Below are positions 1-11,438 of a stretch of 32,988 bases of DNA, in pieces. Both the position numbers and the translations under genes were made by a program. The notes beneath the pieces were generated by a model. That model had not been told where the DNA came from and searched no databases. It saw only the letters and a program-made list of their open reading frames with translations. This stretch comes from Octopus bimaculoides (Eukaryota): assembly GCF_001194135.2 (NCBI RefSeq), contig NC_068993.1:47007733-47040720 (forward strand), written 5' to 3'. How positions within the stretch are numbered: position 1 is the stretch's first letter; each line of letters begins with the position of its first letter.

Positions 1-27
1 CTTTTTGGGGTGGGGGGTGGGGAGGGC

Positions 28-197
28 TAGTCGTTTAGATCGACCCTAGTACGTAACTGGTACATAATTTACCGACTCCGAAAGAATGAAAGCAAAGTCG
101 ACATCGGCGGAATTTGAACTTAGAACGCAAAGACAAACGAAATACCGCTAAGCCTTTCGCCCGACGTACTAACTTTTCTGCCAGCTCACCGCCTTAT
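28..197 (-). mobile_element. tRNA-like SINE, family A (this label), near full length
   Basis: Reverse complement matches the head aaggcggtgagctggcagaa...gttctgagttcaaattcc...tcgactttgcctttcatcc...aagtaccag seen in the + copies at 9380 and 20204. The G-rich 7-26 tract is its expanded C-rich tail. Confidence 0.85.
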
Positions 198-519
198 CCT
201 TAAGATTCATTGGGTAATGTAGTCACAGATGCATAATTTTAACAGTATAAGCCGGCTTTATCTAGAACGTCTTCCGTATAAGTCTGTTCGTATCGTGTTG
301 AACTGCGGATAAATACAAACATTTATGCCTTCTTTTGGAACAGATTCAGACAATTTCGAGAAGGTATCACAATTAAATCAACCAAAATTCTGTTGCATAT
401 ATGGTACGGTCGTACTTCAGTTAAAAATTTTAGAAAGCTGAAAGGTAACATTAATGCAACTGTGAAGTAGATGGTAAATAAATGCAAAGCATTTCGCATG
501 GCACTCAGCCATTCGGTTA

Positions 520-625
520 TACACACGCGTGCACACCAACGCACACACACACACACACACACGCGCACACACATGAACACACACACATTGTCTCTTTCTC
601 TCATACCTCCATATATATGTATATC

Positions 626-673
<48 letters not shown>

Positions 674-730
674 GTCTGTCTGTCTGTCTGTCTTTCTGTC
701 CGTCTGCCTGCCTGTCTGTCTGACTGTCTG
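520..730. repeat. Compound microsatellite (CA)n/(TCTA)n/(TCTG)n
   Basis: Directly visible; it generates the spurious ORFs at 323-982. Confidence 0.95.
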
Positions 731-1081
731 TTTATGATGCCATTTAATATACTATTGTTTATCTTTGTTCTTCATATTTCTTTGTGTTTAAATTATGCAA
801 ATTACTTTAGGCCATATATATTTTCAACTCATTTTTTATATGACTATTTCTCACGTTTGCTGGAGTTATTCATATGTGTGTGTTTGCGTGTGTGTGTGTG
901 TGTGTGTGTGTGTGAGTGTGAGTGCGTATGCGTGTGTGTACACATACACATATGTGTGATCTTCATAAAAATATGTAAATAAATACAGTTAACACAAAAC
1001 GTTGTCTTATATCTTTCTGAGAAATCATGATTACTTTTCAGAAGATACTAAGGTGTCGAACTGAAAAAATCATAAGTATGT

Positions 1082-1190
1082 CGAACAAAATGCTTACCGG
1101 CATTTCTTTCGAGTCATTACGATCTGAGTTCAAATTACACCGAGGTTGATGTTGTGTTTCATCATTTCAGATGCAATGAAAATAAGTACC
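1082..1190 (+). mobile_element. Degenerate SINE A fragment
   Basis: aaatgcttaccggcatttc...tctgagttcaaattacaccgaggttgat...tttcatcatttc...aataagtacc aligns to the body of the other SINE A copies. Confidence 0.65.
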
Positions 1191-1574
1191 ATTCTCTTAA
1201 AAATAGTAATCTTTGTGTCACAATTTGAAACCAGTTTGTAGTTGCTTCTATATGACTTTTGTTTTCTAATCAATACAATTTACTAATGGTTATTATGGGT
1301 TTTCGGTTATACTAAACACTTAGATGTTATAGTAATATGAAAAAAAGATAGAAGAAAAAAGTACCATACCTACATTCCGACATGCTTCATGTAAAATATC
1401 AGTTACATGCATATATATAAGCGTGGGCGCACATACACGCACACACATACGCACCCACACACACACACACACACACACATACATGCATACATACAGATAT
1501 ATATATATATATAAATGAGTGTGCGTGTGTACGCACGTATGCAAACATTACATTTGTACATATATCGATACGCA

Positions 1575-1648
<74 letters not shown>

Positions 1649-2070
1649 TATACATATACTTATACACACACATATATATACATATATACATACATATATA
1701 TATGCAAATAAGTAAAAGTCTCTCTCCCTTCTCTTCTTGTAAATGCATAATGAACATGTACTCTACTAAACAATATTGCATTGAGCGTTCTTTTTTGCAT
1801 TAATGTTAAATTGTTTTGATATATTATATCTTCAAGTAAAACAAACATTAATATTTACTAATATTTACATATACATATATATGCCCACGTTTGTGTCCAT
1901 ATATACAAATATAAGCATACACACACACTCACAAATGCATACACACACGCGCGCTTACAGATATGCACTCAGACATTCAAATATGTATGTACACGTTTGC
2001 ATGTGGTGTATATTCAAGTATATTTGTAACACTCTCTATCCACTTTACAGACGCACGCATACACCCCCTC

Positions 2071-2124
<54 letters not shown>

Positions 2125-3035
2125 TATATATATAAAATCACACATATGCTCACACTGTATACACTGAAAAATCATAATGAAAAATAAATATTAACAGTGA
2201 TCGATAAATGAATTACAAATAGGATACAGCGAGAAAAATAGAGGCCGTTGACAGGTGCAATTGGACATTATACATTCCATAGTAAGTACGCTGTTACTGA
2301 AAATTAACGAAAATGCTTCTTCGTTTGAAAAGAATTTGTTGTTGAAGAATCAAACTTGTTATATCTCACCATTGTATAAAGTACTCGCATCAATATACAT
2401 CAAACTATTTTACACCATTTTACATCTGTCTTTCTTCTGCAGACATTATAAATTCCAGCCCTGGGAGCAGACAAGATGTCTAGCCGGCATTGTCTAATTA
2501 GAAGACATGTATTGTTAATCAATATTTTTAATTAATGAGCAAGAATTTTAATGAAAAATTTCGAGAGCTATAACGTGGAAATTTTAGGGTGGATAAGAAT
2601 ATTGTTATATCTTAAAAGCTTTGCTAACTTGTTTTTATATAATCGTATAAATTTTTCCAATTGTATGGTAGGTGGGGGTGGGCACATACAAAAATCAAAG
2701 AGGAATTTTAATGATGTTATTGTCATTTTATTTCTATGATTTGTAATATTAATTATTATATTTACTTTCTTTGTAAACATTACGAAGGAAAATAGAGTAA
2801 GCGGCTCAGTTTCAATTCATTGCTAAAACCGTTTTTACAGTCTAAACGCGAATTACGGACATTGGATAAAGATATACAAAAAAAAAATCATTATTCTCAT
2901 TTCATTCCAATGTGCTATTAAAATACACATGAACTCATACATTCATGCACGCATGCGCGCACACACATTCATATACATAATACATGCACACACACACACA
3001 GACACACACACACACAGGCACACACACATAACAAT

Positions 3036-3175
3036 TGCAGCGTGGAAGGTGTTTATAAGCTATTTAAAAACACACAAAAACCGTTAGATTCACTTCGACA
3101 TTTAGATTTAATTTGTCAAAATATTTTCGTCGCTTTGAGACCGCGACCGGTTCACTGACAAAATTCCGTGCTGCA
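3036..3175. repeat. Short (~140 bp) structured repeat-like element with imperfect terminal inverted ends, containing a hammerhead-like fold on the minus strand
   Basis: tgcagcgtggaa (3036-3047) vs the reverse complement of ttccgtgctgca (3164-3175) match at 10/12. Internal stems are tttgtca/tgacaaa and gtcgc/gcgac. Confidence 0.5.
3112..3162 (-). ncRNA. Putative minimal type-I hammerhead ribozyme-like motif (variant core, probably impaired in this copy)
   Basis: Minus strand reads UUUGUCA-GUGAACC-g-GUCGC-ggucucaaa-GCGAC-GAAA-AUAU-U-U-UGACAAA. This gives a 7-bp stem I, a 5-bp stem II, GAAA, a palindromic stem III AAUAUU and a UUU triplet. The core deviates from CUGANGA at positions 3, 8 and 9. 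Confidence 0.45.
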
Positions 3176-3209
3176 TCTGAGAAAGTAACAGTTAGTTCGT
3201 GATATATAT

Positions 3210-3313
3210 GTCATTATTGAGTTTATTTCATGATTTCTTGCCAATAGAGAAAGAACCGTTTTTTAACCTAGATCCAAAGTCCCTTCATTGGAATTTCAAC
3301 ATCAACAACAGGG
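3210..3313 (-). mobile_element. 3' UTR fragment of the RLE-type non-LTR retroelement also present at 11439 and 29245
   Basis: Reverse complement matches ...ttccaatgaagg(a/g)...tctaggtta...ctttctctattggcaagaaat...aataatga, shared with 11680-11770 (+) and 29245-29350 (-). Confidence 0.75.
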
Positions 3314-3344
3314 TATGTATGTATGTATGTATGTATGTATGTGC

Positions 3345-4416
3345 ATACTGAGGTACGTTGGGTTATCCACTCTACTGATGGCAAAATATTGTTCTTTTCT
3401 GGATGTGGGAGTCTTAAGATACAATCTGCTCCTCTTTAAACTTTGCCCTTGGCTCTTATTTACTGGCATAACAAAAAAAACAGGGTCTATAGGAACTTGA
3501 ATGCCAAATAGGTAAAAGAGAAATCCTTAAAACCATTCGAACGACGCAAGTTTTCCCATTGTATATTGGCAGTATCGATGAGAATTGTAAGTCGTGTAAG
3601 TACGATTGTAGAGACTATTTCTGTAGTTTCAGTTTCGGATTTACTATCTGGACTGATATTGTTAGGTATTAGAGTGCTTATATTTAATGAATTCAACAAC
3701 TTGATTTTTTTCTGCCACCTACATTACACTTTTTAATTAATATAATCACATTTTCAGGAGATTTTTCTTAATTTAATCATTTAGATGATTAACCTTTGCT
3801 GTTTGTTTTGTTGATAGAATATTTGTTGATAACATCCTTTCTTCATTTTCGTAGATTTCCTTGATCGGCATAAACAAATTAAGCCAAATCTTGCTTGGAA
3901 TTTACTGTTAGAAAGGGCGGAATCACCATGGCGCCTATCAAGAGTGACATTTGTATTGGGGAGATTTGAAGCAAGAATTTGCAGTCCACCCGAGTTTTAC
4001 TAGTTCACTGAAATACTGGACGAAGTTGTGGCAAGCACAATTCAGCTGTTTTGATTATAGAACTGCACTAAGTTCCATAGGATTATTTGCTCGTTTCTTT
4101 TGGAGCATCCATAAATATCAGACCATCTCCATTGTTGATCGGCACACAAGCAATCGCCATTTTGTTACGTAGCATATCTATCTAATCATTGTAATAAACT
4201 TTGGCTGAGGGAACTCATTTGTTTGGTTACAAGCATATATGCTTGTTGGTGGTCTGTAGCTAGGAAACCATAGTAAATTGTTGAACGCCCGTATTGATAC
4301 AACTGGTTATCCAGTGCACGCAACATTTTATTAATGGTGGCTTCAGTTAATTTTTCAATGGTCATTGGTTCTCTTCTGCGATGTAGAAAATCTTCAATAT
4401 GATTATTGCAAAACAT
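3345..4416 (-). mobile_element. Helitron Rep/helicase (Pif1-like SF1B helicase region) remnant with stops, frameshifts and an internal deletion
   Basis: Motifs appear in the expected order on the minus strand: EDFLHRRRE..INKMLRALDNQLYQYGRS; GLIFMDAPKETSK (degenerate Walker A, DAPKETSK at 4086-4109); IVLATTSSSIS..GG.TANSCFKSP (cf. LAVASSGIAA..GGRTAHSRFK.P); LLNSLNISTLIPNNI; VMPVNKSQGQSLK (NKSQGQSL at 3437-3460); YFAISRV. Confidence 0.85.
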
Positions 4417-4779
4417 GCATTAATTTAGAGGCTCAAACTGAGAAAAGAAAGAAAGAATTGTAACGAATACAATTCTGAGATTATTGAAAAGATGTATATG
4501 AATGAAATTTAAACAGAATAGGAAGCAGTTAAACACAATGTAGTTTAATAAAACACAACCCTCCCCACACACATACAATAAACACATGCAAACATACACG
4601 GACAAAAACACACTCGTAAGTTCATATATACACACACATGTACGCGCACACACACACCCACATACATACATTTGCGTGTGTATGTGTGCGTGTTTGTGTT
4701 TATGTCTACAGTGCTTAAGATAGGACATTTAACAAGTATTCCTGGAATCCCTGAGCCATGGTATTTCACCAGCAGTTTA

Positions 4780-5022
4780 TAGAAGTAGTGTGTGCAGACC
4801 GGCACGCCAAAGAATAGACCCAAAGTTCCTTCTGCGTGTCATAAAAACGGTGACTAAAAGAAACTGAACTAGGATTTGCACTCCAACTTCGTAGAATACT
4901 CACCGGTAACGACTACCAAAAACAGAAACCTGGGCTGGAGGTTTGTTGCCAGAGCAGGGCAAAGGCGTCATCCGTCAGGAGTAGAAAATCACAAATAAAT
5001 GGTGGATGCAGCGGCGTGCCCC

Positions 5023-5088
<66 letters not shown>
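4780..5088 (+). mobile_element. Unclassified retroposon-like segment ending in a (CTA)n tail
   Basis: GC-richer block that ends abruptly in about 20 CTA units (5023-5088). There is no second copy in the window, so the family is not established. Confidence 0.3.
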
Positions 5089-5089
5089 T

Positions 5090-5928
5090 ACTATGAATGA
5101 GACTTTAATAAAGTAGGAAGGTGGATGAAGGCTACATAACAATTCCACCTAAAATGCCTTCATCATATTTAAAAAATTAAATGGAGTTCTTTTACTCCAA
5201 ATACAGATGTCTTTGCATCTGCAGGCATCACCTCAATAAAAGCTCTGATTTTTAGGAACCAATTGAGATGGTGTGGCCATATTGTTCGAATGGTAGATGA
5301 ACGCATGCCGAAACAGCTGTTTTATGGTGAGCTTGCAGAGAGGAAATGCTATCGGTGTAAGTCTAAAAAAAAGTTTTAAGGACAGCATAAGGATTACTAT
5401 GAAGTCACTTGGAATGGTCCCAGAAGTTTTAAAAACCCTTGTTTTGGATTGAGTTGGATGGTGAACAAAGGTGTGGAGTGGAGTGAAGGCATTTGAAGAG
5501 GCCAGGATAACGCAAGACTCAAAAGAGATCTAAAGAAGAATGTAGCGATCGAGAAGGTGAATGACAATGACCGTTTTGTGTGCATAGTCTGTGGCAGACC
5601 ATGCCTGTCTTTTGCTGGCCTCAGATCCCATTTGCGAACGCATGGAAAACCAACCTCTACCAACTATTCTGCCTATATGTCTGTGCACACCTTTGATTTC
5701 AGTGTCTGCTAGAAGGTTTGCAAATCCAACGGAGGCCTCAAAAGACATTTTAAGATCCACAAAGAGCAGAACTTATCTGCAGCTCTTGGTGGTCCAAATC
5801 GGCGGTGCAATCTATGTGGGTGTCTTTTCAGAACATTGTCTGGTTTAAAAAGCCACATTAGATGCCATGATGGTGCTAAGGTGTAGTTACAAGAGGTGGT
5901 GAAACTCGGCATAAGGAGTAGACAACCA

Positions 5929-5975
<47 letters not shown>
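5090..5975 (+). mobile_element. 5'-truncated RTE-clade LINE: post-RT C-terminus, three C2H2 zinc fingers, short 3' UTR and (AT)n tail
   Basis: QFHLKCLHHI*KIKWSSFTPNTDVFASAGITSIKALIFRNQLRWCGHIVRMVDERMPKQLFYGELAE is the RTE LRWxGHxxRM..PKQxxYGEL signature. It is followed by C-x2-C-x12-H-x3-H at 5581-5643, a degenerate finger at 5698-5760 (first C is now F, TAG at 5710) and an intact finger at 5806-5868. The ORF stops at 5884-5886. Confidence 0.9.
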
Positions 5976-5982
<7 letters not shown>

Positions 5983-6644
5983 GTGTGTGTGTGTGCTTAC
6001 ACACACATGCACTCATACACATACCCATATATATATATATGTATGCATGTATGTATGTATAAAGAGTGCTTGTGTGTGTCTGCGAGTGTACGCGCGTGGG
6101 TAGTGGAATCACATTCTCCTCAAACACACAAACGACAAGATAAAGGAACCCGACATATATAAACATACTTTCAATCATCACCATAGACACAAACAAATTA
6201 CGCATAGATACACACTCACAATAAAATTCAAACAAACAGACACGCATACACACACAGATACATTTACACGCACATATGTACAAACAAAACACAGAAATAT
6301 AACTAAACACTAACAAAAATTCTTTCTTTCTAAAACAAACTAATCAAACGCAAGCAAACGAAATACAAGTTCGATCCGACAAATAAAATAAACAGATACA
6401 GCTAGGAAGCAATTATCTATCACTTAGTAAATATAATAAATTCAAATTTTCTGGTAGAATGGCAGAAAATTGCAAACTGAAGAATTCTAGGGCAAAGTAT
6501 TCGTCAACAAAATTATTTTTATTGATCTTTTTGTTTTTTTTTAACGTTCATTTCATTGAAACTAAATTATCGATACTTGAAACTAATTTTAAGATGTCTT
6601 GCGGGTGTCATTTTCTTGTTTGGTTTTCAATTTTGTTATTGGGG

Positions 6645-6860
6645 TATGTATGTATGTATGTATGTATGTATGTATGTATGTATGTATGTATGTATGTATG
6701 TATGCATGCTTGTATGTATGTATGTATGTATGTATGTATGTATGTATGTATGTATGCATGCATGTACGTACATACGTATGTATATATGCATGTATGTATG
6801 CATGCATGCATGTACGTATGTACTTACGTATGTGTGTATGTATGTATTTATGCATACATG
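6645..6860. repeat. (TATG)n microsatellite with degenerate flank
   Basis: Directly visible. Confidence 0.95.
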
Positions 6861-7304
6861 GATGTATGCATCTATAAAGGTGCATGTATGTATATATTGG
6901 CGTGTCTGTGGTGTCTGTAGTATATGCGTGTGTCTGTGTATGCAGTTAAGTGCGTGACAGTACGTGTGTGGGTGGGTGTATGTTTTTATATATGCATCTA
7001 GTTATGTTCCTCTATATATATGTGTGTGTGTGAATGTATGCCTGTATATATATGTATATATGTATGAATGTGGTTTGTATGGATGTATGCATGTATGTTT
7101 AAGTACGAATGTATGTATATGTGTATGATTCCATGTATGCAATGTATGTGTGCAGGTGTATATATACGTATGGGCGTGTATATAATAAGTGTATNNNNNN
7201 NNNNNNNNNNNNNNNNNNNNNNNNNNNNNNNNNNNNNNNNNNNNNNNNNNNNNNNNNNNNNNNNNNNNNNNNNNNNNNNNNNNNNNNNNNNNNNNNNNNN
7301 NNNN

Positions 7305-7352
<48 letters not shown>

Positions 7353-7366
7353 TGTGTGAATGTATG

Positions 7367-7397
<31 letters not shown>

Positions 7398-8000
7398 AGG
7401 TGTATGTATATATTTACGTGTGTATGGCTGTATGGATGTACATATGTGTACATGTATCAATGTATGTGTTTATATATGCATTTATGTACATCAATATACC
7501 TGTGATTGAATTTTTACAGGTGTATCAGTGTGCGTATTTGCTCGTGTTTATGAAATTGTATAAATTATATATTGTAGTTATTACAAAATATACGCGCACG
7601 TGTAGGCTATATATGTACAAATTCACAAGATGTCTCTTCAAGATTGATACATAAATGTGCTGCCTGCAGGTAGTCGACTGTGATGGTTTCATGCTAAAAA
7701 TTAAGACCTTGCGACGTGTGACAGAATTTTATTGAAACTATTGATGCAAAATTCAAAATGGTGGATTGATACCAAATGTTCGACCTCACCGATATCTTAA
7801 ATTGCACTCCGACAAGTGACAAGCAAACATTTCAGGTTCCATTTCGCCGTTAATAATTTGTTTTAGGATATTCATAATGTAACAGTTCCCAACAAATCGA
7901 ATTATACTGTACTGAACCTATTTCTGATTAGAGCGGCTCTGCCATTCTATCTTTGTTTCTTAGATTTGCTTCATGAGCGATGTAATATATATATATATGT

Positions 8001-8174
8001 AATATAAAGAAAATGGAGAGTGTGAACACAGAGAAATCAATTTATTTTTATAATAGTCAAATGGTAAAATATGAATGAAAGGGAAATTGAAACGTGCGTA
8101 GGTGACATAAAATTGACTATTATATAAATAAATTGATTTTTTTCTATGTTCACACTCTCCATTTTCTTTATATT
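8001..8174. mobile_element. Foldback/MITE-like element with ~60-bp terminal inverted repeats
   Basis: aatataaagaaaatggagagtgtgaacacagagaaatcaatttatttttataatagtcaa (8001-8060) is nearly the reverse complement of 8113-8174, with a 52-bp spacer. Confidence 0.8.
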
Positions 8175-8420
8175 GTATTATTAACTACTGTTTTCTTATA
8201 TCGGATAGATGAAAACATCCATAATGACAACTAAAACTTTATAAGTGTTAAGCACTAATGTCGATGATGAAGCATCAATAAACACTAATACTAACACAAA
8301 TTAACAAATTCGAGGATAATTAATCGATATGGAGATACGCTTCGATGAAATACATCCCTGTGAAAGAGCAACCGCTTTCCATTAGAAACTATATATATAT
8401 ATATATGGGAGTGTTGCTTT

Positions 8421-8682
8421 TTTATTTGTGTGATTTGTTGGAGAAAAGGTTCGAGTCATGCAACCTGTGGAAAGGTGTGCCTTGGAGCATTGAAAAGGAA
8501 TGCCAAAAGACTTCATACTGTGACACCTGTTCCCTCTGCCAGCTAACACAGGTATGCATTATGGAATAGAATATGCAGATCTTTGGCCGGGCTCAAGTGT
8601 CATACAAACCTCACACTAAATCCTCCAGCTAAGGCTTTGCTCGTATACCAGAAAGTAGCTACTATATATATATATATATATA
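8421..8682 (+). mobile_element. Highly degraded second RTE-like 3' end with zinc-finger relics and (AT)n tail
   Basis: One frame with a single stop reads FICVICWRK..TCGKVCLGALKRNAKRLH..*HRYALWNRICRSLAGLKCH. These parallel the three fingers at 5581-5868, and the UTR/tail resembles 5905-5940. Confidence 0.55.
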
Positions 8683-9379
8683 CTACATGTGGTTTGCTTT
8701 TTGGATGCCTTATTCAGAAGAAGAGGAGTAGGGCCCAGGATCCTTCGGTGGTAGTGATGGTAGGATGCAAAAGAGAAAAAAGCTTCAATGAAGTTTATTC
8801 CAGAGAGAGTGCTTGCAAAAGTGAACCCACCTAAAGGAACTCGGATACAAGACGTTGTTGTTCAATCGTAAGACGGATGAAGTCACTCAAAACTGTCACG
8901 GTGAACAGATTTTTATTACCTTGCGTTAAGCTTAATAAAACTTTGTTTATAATTCATCTGTGGTTCCTATTGATACTTTTATAATGCCATAAGAAATATA
9001 ACATCTCTAGCTATTATAAATGACGGAATTATTTATGAATGTTCATCTACCACACGCAGGCGACGTTCTAAAATGGTCGCGTACTTCTATATAAAAAAGA
9101 AGACGCTTTCAACCGGAAATAAAATGAAAGTAATGCATCAACGATTAGTAAAAACATTTAAGGAGCGATGGGAATTATAGAAAGGGAGAAGGATTCAGGA
9201 GATGTGAAAAAGAAAAAAAAGATCAAATTTGCATAGAACTATATACCTACAAATATGCAGTCACATATATTTAAATACATACGGTTATACACAAGGAAAC
9301 GTACAGGTGTACGCGGCGACAGACACGAGAATGCACACACACAAAGACACACACACACGCTGATGTTATCTAGGCAATA

Positions 9380-9616
9380 AGGCGGTGAGCTGGCAGAAAC
9401 GTTAGCACGCCGAGCGAATTGCTTAGCGGTGTTTCATCTGCCGTTACGTTCTGAGTTCAAATTCCACCGAGGTCGACTTTGCCTTTCATCCTTTCGGGGT
9501 CGATAAATTAAGTACCACTTACGCACTGGAGTCGATGTAATCGACTTAATCCCTTTGTCTGTCCTTGTTTGTCCCCTCTATGTTTAGCCCCTTGTGGGAA
9601 ATAAAGAAATAAGATA
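9380..9616 (+). mobile_element. SINE A, full-length young copy
   Basis: The head has Pol III A-box-like and B-box-like (gagttcaaattcc) motifs. The tail ...ccccttgtgggaaataaagaaataag closely matches 20204-20436. Confidence 0.9.
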
Positions 9617-11438
9617 NNNNNNNNNNNNNNNNNNNNNNNNNNNNNNNNNNNNNNNNNNNNNNNNNNNNNNNNNNNNNNNNNNNNNNNNNNNNNNNNNNNN
9701 NNNNNNNNNNNNNNNNNNNNNNNNNNNNNNNNNNNNNNNNNNNNNNNNNNNNNNNNNNNNNNNNNNNNNNNNNNNNNNNNNNNNNNNNNNNNNNNNNNNN
9801 NNNNNNNNNNNNNNNNNNNNNNNNNNNNNNNNNNNNNNNNNNNNNNNNNNNNNNNNNNNNNNNNNNNNNNNNNNNNNNNNNNNNNNNNNNNNNNNNNNNN
9901 NNNNNNNNNNNNNNNNNNNNNNNNNNNNNNNNNNNNNNNNNNNNNNNNNNNNNNNNNNNNNNNNNNNNNNNNNNNNNNNNNNNNNNNNNNNNNNNNNNNN
10001 NNNNNNNNNNNNNNNNNNNNNNNNNNNNNNNNNNNNNNNNNNNNNNNNNNNTATGTATATATACACACATATATATATATGTATATATATATATGTATAT
10101 ATGTATGTTTATATAAACATATATACATCAAATATATATGTGTATATAGTCGCTGTGTGTATAGTCGAATGTGCATTTCTTTAAATATGTGTGGCTCTAT
10201 GTTTGAGTGTATGTTGCCAAGTAAGAGTACGAATATATTTATGTCAACATCTTTTCATTAAGTATCGAATCTCTACCAGCCTCTACACTTTACATCACCC
10301 TAATCTTTTCTTGCTAATCGCTGGTGCGTTAATTTCATTTTTATTTCTGGTTGAAGAGTTCTTATTTTTTATATGTAGATATTTTCTCGATAACGTTAGG
10401 AGGTCGCCTGAATATGGTAGATGGAAATTTATAACTGATCTGTGTGAAGTAAACTGTTGATGTATTCTTTATATAATTATGAAAACAATATTGGAAACAG
10501 GAGGTGATTTACAAAACAAGACCTTGTCAAATCTAACATATGGTGTATATATATATATATATATNNNNNNNNNNNNNNNNNNNNNNNNNNNNNNNNNNNN
10601 NNNNNNNNNNNNNNNNNNNNNNNNNNNNNNNNNNNNNNNNNNNNNNNNNNNNNNNNNNNNNNNNNNNNNNNNNNNNNNNNNNNNNNNNNNNNNNNNNNNN
10701 NNNNNNNNNNNNNNNNNNNNNNNNNNNNNNNNNNNNNNNNNNNNNNNNNNNNNNNNNNNNNNNNNNNNNNNNNNNNNNNNNNNNNNNNNNNNNNNNNNNN
10801 NNNNNNNNNNNNNNNNNNNNNNNNNNNNNNNNNNNNNNNNNNNNNNNNNNNNNNNNNNNNNNNNNNNNNNNNNNNNNNNNNNNNNNNNNNNNNNNNNNNN
10901 NNNNNNNNNNNNNNNNNNNNNNNNNNNNNNNNNNNNNNNNNNNNNNNNNNNNNNNNNNNNNNNNNNNNNNNNNNNNNNNNNNNNNNNNNNNNNNNNNNNN
11001 NNNNNNNNNNNNNNNNNNNNNNNNNNNNNNNNNNNNNNNNNNNNNNNNNNNNNNNNNNNNNNNNNNNNNNNNNNNNNNNNNNNNNNNNNNNNNNNNNNNN
11101 NNNNNNNNNNNNNNNNNNNNNNNNNNNNNNNNNNNNNNNNNNNNNNNNNNNNNNNNNNNNNNNNNNNNNNNNNNNNNNNNNNNNNNNNNNNNNNNNNNNN
11201 NNNNNNNNNNNNNNNNNNNNNNNNNNNNNNNNNNNNNNNNNNNNNNNNNNNNNNNNNNNNNNNNNNNNNNNNNNNNNNNNNNNNNNNNNNNNNNNNNNNN
11301 NNNNNNNNNNNNNNNNNNNNNNNNNNNNNNNNNNNNNNNNNNNNNNNNNNNNNNNNNNNNNNNNNNNNNNNNNNNNNNNNNNNNNNNNNNNNNNNNNNNN
11401 NNNNNNNNNNNNNNNNNNNNNNNNNNNNNNNNNNNNNN

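Noticed and set aside
7-26. G-quadruplex-like run
   Set aside because: It is the expanded C-rich tail of the minus-strand SINE A at the window edge, with no evidence of function.
323-2135. Many 60-170 aa ORFs (YIYI, CVCV, HTHT, LSIY)
   Set aside because: These are translations of stop-free microsatellites. The same applies to similar ORFs throughout the window.
7874-7985. Open + frame DIHNVTVPNKSNYTVLNLFLIRAALPF after tttgttttag
   Set aside because: There is no convincing donor site and no recognisable protein similarity.
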